Shown one piece after another: positions 1-38,892 of a stretch of DNA of 38,892 bases. Position 1 is the first letter of the stretch. Every line of letters begins with the position of its first letter. The translations under genes and the position numbers were made by a program. Under the pieces are notes generated by a model. It was not told the origin of the DNA, searched no databases, and saw nothing but the letters and a program-made list of their open reading frames with translations. The DNA is taken from contig NC_068997.1 of the NCBI RefSeq assembly GCF_001194135.2, forward strand, positions 28,124,694-28,163,585. The letters are read 5' to 3'. The stretch is from Octopus bimaculoides (Eukaryota).

Positions 1-682
1 TTTTATTATTTTTTTTTTCTTATTTAACTGTTCTGAAGGAAGCGGTCAGTCTTAGGCTGCTATTCTTGGACCAAAAGAAATTAAACATTCACTATTGCGC
101 CTTGAAATTAAAAGTAAATTTATAAAAAAAAAAAATTTAAAAAAATAAACAAATGCAAATTGTCAAAATGTTTTTGAGACATTTTACTGCAGCTAATAAT
201 TATTCATTTTGGTTATAAATATTATCTTAGAGAAATATAGTCTAAACCTTTGATTTTTTTTTTCCATTTTAGTGAATTTGTGGATAAAAGATCATTTCTG
301 AAACCAAATTTGTAGTTTTATTGGTTCAATTTACTGAATTTTAAGTGTGGTATTCTTGAATTTCTATAGGAAAATGAGTATCACATTTGCAGCAGTGTGG
401 ATTAATTGTGCAACAATGCATATCAATGTTATCTCCTGTTTTGGACCATGTTTATGTTCCAACAGTGCCATTTTAACTCTTGCATCTTTGTTGCCACTGC
501 TTTTTGGATCAGAAAAACAAGTATTGTCGATATTTGCATTTTGTGGACATTGCAAGGAAGAACAACATACCTTTTTACCATGCAAATATAAATATTTGTA
601 TTTTATTTAATTCAATAAACTAATTCTTTAAATATTTTTTTTTAAATTAAAGTTTCAATTTGTTTTCTTTTCTTCTACTCGG

Positions 683-808
683 CCTTCGCCAGTGCAGCAT
701 AACCAGCCCATTTAAGAGTACTCTTCAATCATTGGGTAATAAACTGTGCTTGCAAAGACCTGTTGAGGCAAGTGAAGTTGTTGTCATGGCCGCTGATAGT
801 ACCACCTG
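683..808 (-). repeat. Dispersed repeat fragment, inverted copy of 35765-35900
   Basis: gccagtgcagcataaccagcccatttaagagtac...gcttgcaaagacctgttgaggcaagtgaagttgttgtc is the reverse complement of the segment at 35765-35900. Confidence 0.8.
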
Positions 809-839
809 ATTTTTATTATTATTATATACATATATATTG

Positions 840-1198
840 TTGTTGGCTCTCCATCGCTTACGACATCGAGGATTCCAGTTGATCCGATCAACGGAACAGC
901 CTGCTTGTAAAATTAACGTGCAAGTGGCTGAGCACTCCACAGACACGTGTACCCTTAATGTAGTTCTCGGGGATATTCAGCGTAACACACTGTGACAAGG
1001 CTGACCCTTTGAATTACAGGCACAACAGAAACAGGAAGTGAGAGAAAGTGGTAGTGAAAGAGTACAGCAGGGTTTGCCACCATCCCCTGCCGGAGCCTCA
1101 TGGAGCTTTTGGTGTTTTCGCTCAATAAACACTCAACGCCTGGTCTGGGAATCGAAACCGCGATCCTACAGCCCTAACCACTGGGCCATTGCACCTCC
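840..1198 (-). mobile_element. tRNA-derived SINE
   Basis: Minus strand starts ggaggtgcaatggcccagtggttagg (A box) and ggtttcgattccc (B box); body similar to the copy at 10690-10990. Confidence 0.8.
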
Positions 1199-1217
1199 AT
1201 ACATATATACATACATA

Positions 1218-1417
1218 CAGTAATCCTTCACCATATCGCAGTTCACCTATCATGGTTTATTATTTAAGCTTATGTTGATTCCTCTGTGGTGTTGTTTTGC
1301 ATTTATAATAAAATATATACAAATTATAAAAATAATAAAAACAAAAATATACAGCACAGTACGGTTTCTACTTGGTGGGGGTGGAACATAAAACCCATAG
1401 TAATCGAGGGATTACTG
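1218..1417. mobile_element. Tigger/pogo-like MITE (about 200 bp)
   Basis: Terminal inverted repeats TA|cagtaatccttc ... gagggattactg|tg; TA-flanked CAGTAATCC ends are typical of Tc1/mariner-pogo MITEs. Confidence 0.75.
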
Positions 1418-1659
1418 TGTATGTGTTTCGTGCCTCCTTATCAGGACATGGTCGTAAATGAGTGTGACTGTCATACAAGCAGTATCATTCATTTCCAATA
1501 TCCTGTGAGAACATGTCTGGCCATTAAGAAATATTACTTTACTTGGAAACAGGTGAGGACAAGCAACAGATAGAAACCAGCTGTAGAAATTCTGCCTCAA
1601 TAAGCTCCACCTGATCCATGAAAGCATGGAACAGTGGACATATGATGATGATGATTGGT

Positions 1660-2979
1660 CTTAAAGAGTGATTTACATTCAGACTTCTTTAGTCTCTCAA
1701 GCAAATCTAAAGCTGATTTTGTTAGAATTCTTCAATTTTCTAGACAATAATTACTTCTTTATAATGAAAGAATTCAACAGACAAACACCAATTTGTTGCT
1801 CAAAGATTCTACTCGGCGGTATTTACAACCAAGCATTTTCTTAAGTAATGCAGTGAATGAAAAAATCTTAATTAACTAAACAAATGGTGACAAACTTATT
1901 CAGTTTGAATTAAACAGTTGAAAACAATATAAGATAAAAAGAAAATTCTTTACACATGAATCTATCAAAATAAAGAAAATGCATCAAAAAATGTAACCTG
2001 CGAGGAACAGGTTTTAATGGAAATCAAAACAAAAATCTAACCAAAGGTAAATGAAAAATGCTTAACATTTATTTCTTTATAATGCCATGCAATATTGTGT
2101 ATCAATAGCAGACCAATATTACAGAAATATCCTGCATATAACAGATTTGTTTCTTTAATTTTAGAAATCAACACAAATACATTTACAAAAGCAGTTTTTG
2201 TAAAGCTTGATGTGGGGGGGAAAGCAACCATAAAGCTGGAGATTCAGTTCCATAAAGATTTATTGGTAGAGAAATAAAATTTACAAATTCCAAGATGACA
2301 AAACAAAGTTCAAACAATTTACGTAGTTTATTTCCTATAATTCTTCATATGAAAGTGAACATTTTGAAGGACAGTGCTGTGCTGCTATTTCAGTTTGGTT
2401 CATGTTATTTTGTTTTTACATTTGGTTCTTTCTTGCTTTAAGTGTCATGTGATCGTCTGTTTCTGAGGCACAGCTCCACACTGAATATAATAACATCACA
2501 ATTAATTACCTGAAGATTAATCACGTTGATAAAAATTTTCAATAAATTTGTTCCTTGTAAAATTTCCAACACTAAATATAATAATAATGATAATAATATT
2601 CATAGAAGACACCAACAGCTGAAGTACACCTTTTTGGTAACAATTCATCATAGCACACCCACCATTTATCACAAAGGAATGTACCTTAGTAGAGTATATT
2701 ATTTTCCACATAAATACAATACATTTGATACTCAGGTAAATAATAATAATAATTTTTTTGAAATATAAATTCAGTGCAAATAGCTGCGCATTCAGGTTTT
2801 GGTAAAAATCCAGTACAGGTGTCCGGAAATTATTTCCCTCTCTTTAAATAACTCACTGTATCCTTTGAAAGAATACTGACGACATTGGAAGGTCAATACT
2901 AACCAATCTGAGGCAAGATTGAAAACAGCTAATTTGATTAAAGAAGGAATAAGGAAAGAAATGTTTCTTTCAATTGGTT
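1660..2979 (-). other. Probable 3' UTR of MGRN1/RNF157 (end undefined)
   Basis: AU-rich stretch after the stop with no recognisable TE; minus-strand AATAAA at + tttatt 2327-2332, 2259-2264 and 2068-2073. The site used cannot be determined. Confidence 0.45.
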
Positions 2980-38874
<35,895 letters not shown>

Positions 38875-38892
38875 CTGAAAGAAAATTTTATA

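Noticed and set aside
2814-2860. tacagg...ctgta as a mini mariner MITE in the 3' UTR
   Set aside because: The inverted match is only 5 bp, which is too short to support.

Overview
AT-rich, microsatellite-rich, intron-containing eukaryotic DNA with four N gaps. The repeat content (tRNA-derived SINEs, RTE tails ending in (GAT)n) suggests an octopus or other coleoid cephalopod genome; this is inference. One gene spans almost the whole window on the minus strand: a Mahogunin-family RING E3 ubiquitin ligase (MGRN1/RNF157 co-ortholog). I hand-spliced 13 coding exons between 38874 and 2980. All junctions are GT-AG with matching phases, giving 1848 nt (615 aa plus stop). The 5' exon(s) lie beyond the right edge. 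Introns hold decayed LINEs (RTE, CR1, L2/Crack-like), a possible Penelope relic, a maT/mariner relic, MITEs, SINEs and simple repeats. The most notable items are a 31-nt frame-critical microexon encoding an NLS-like basic cluster, two long intronic fold-backs near the last exon, a transposase relic with an internal micro-inversion, and a possible decayed hammerhead motif. I see no convincing evidence of a wholly new biological system. Most ORF-track entries are artefacts of simple repeats, gaps or decayed TEs.
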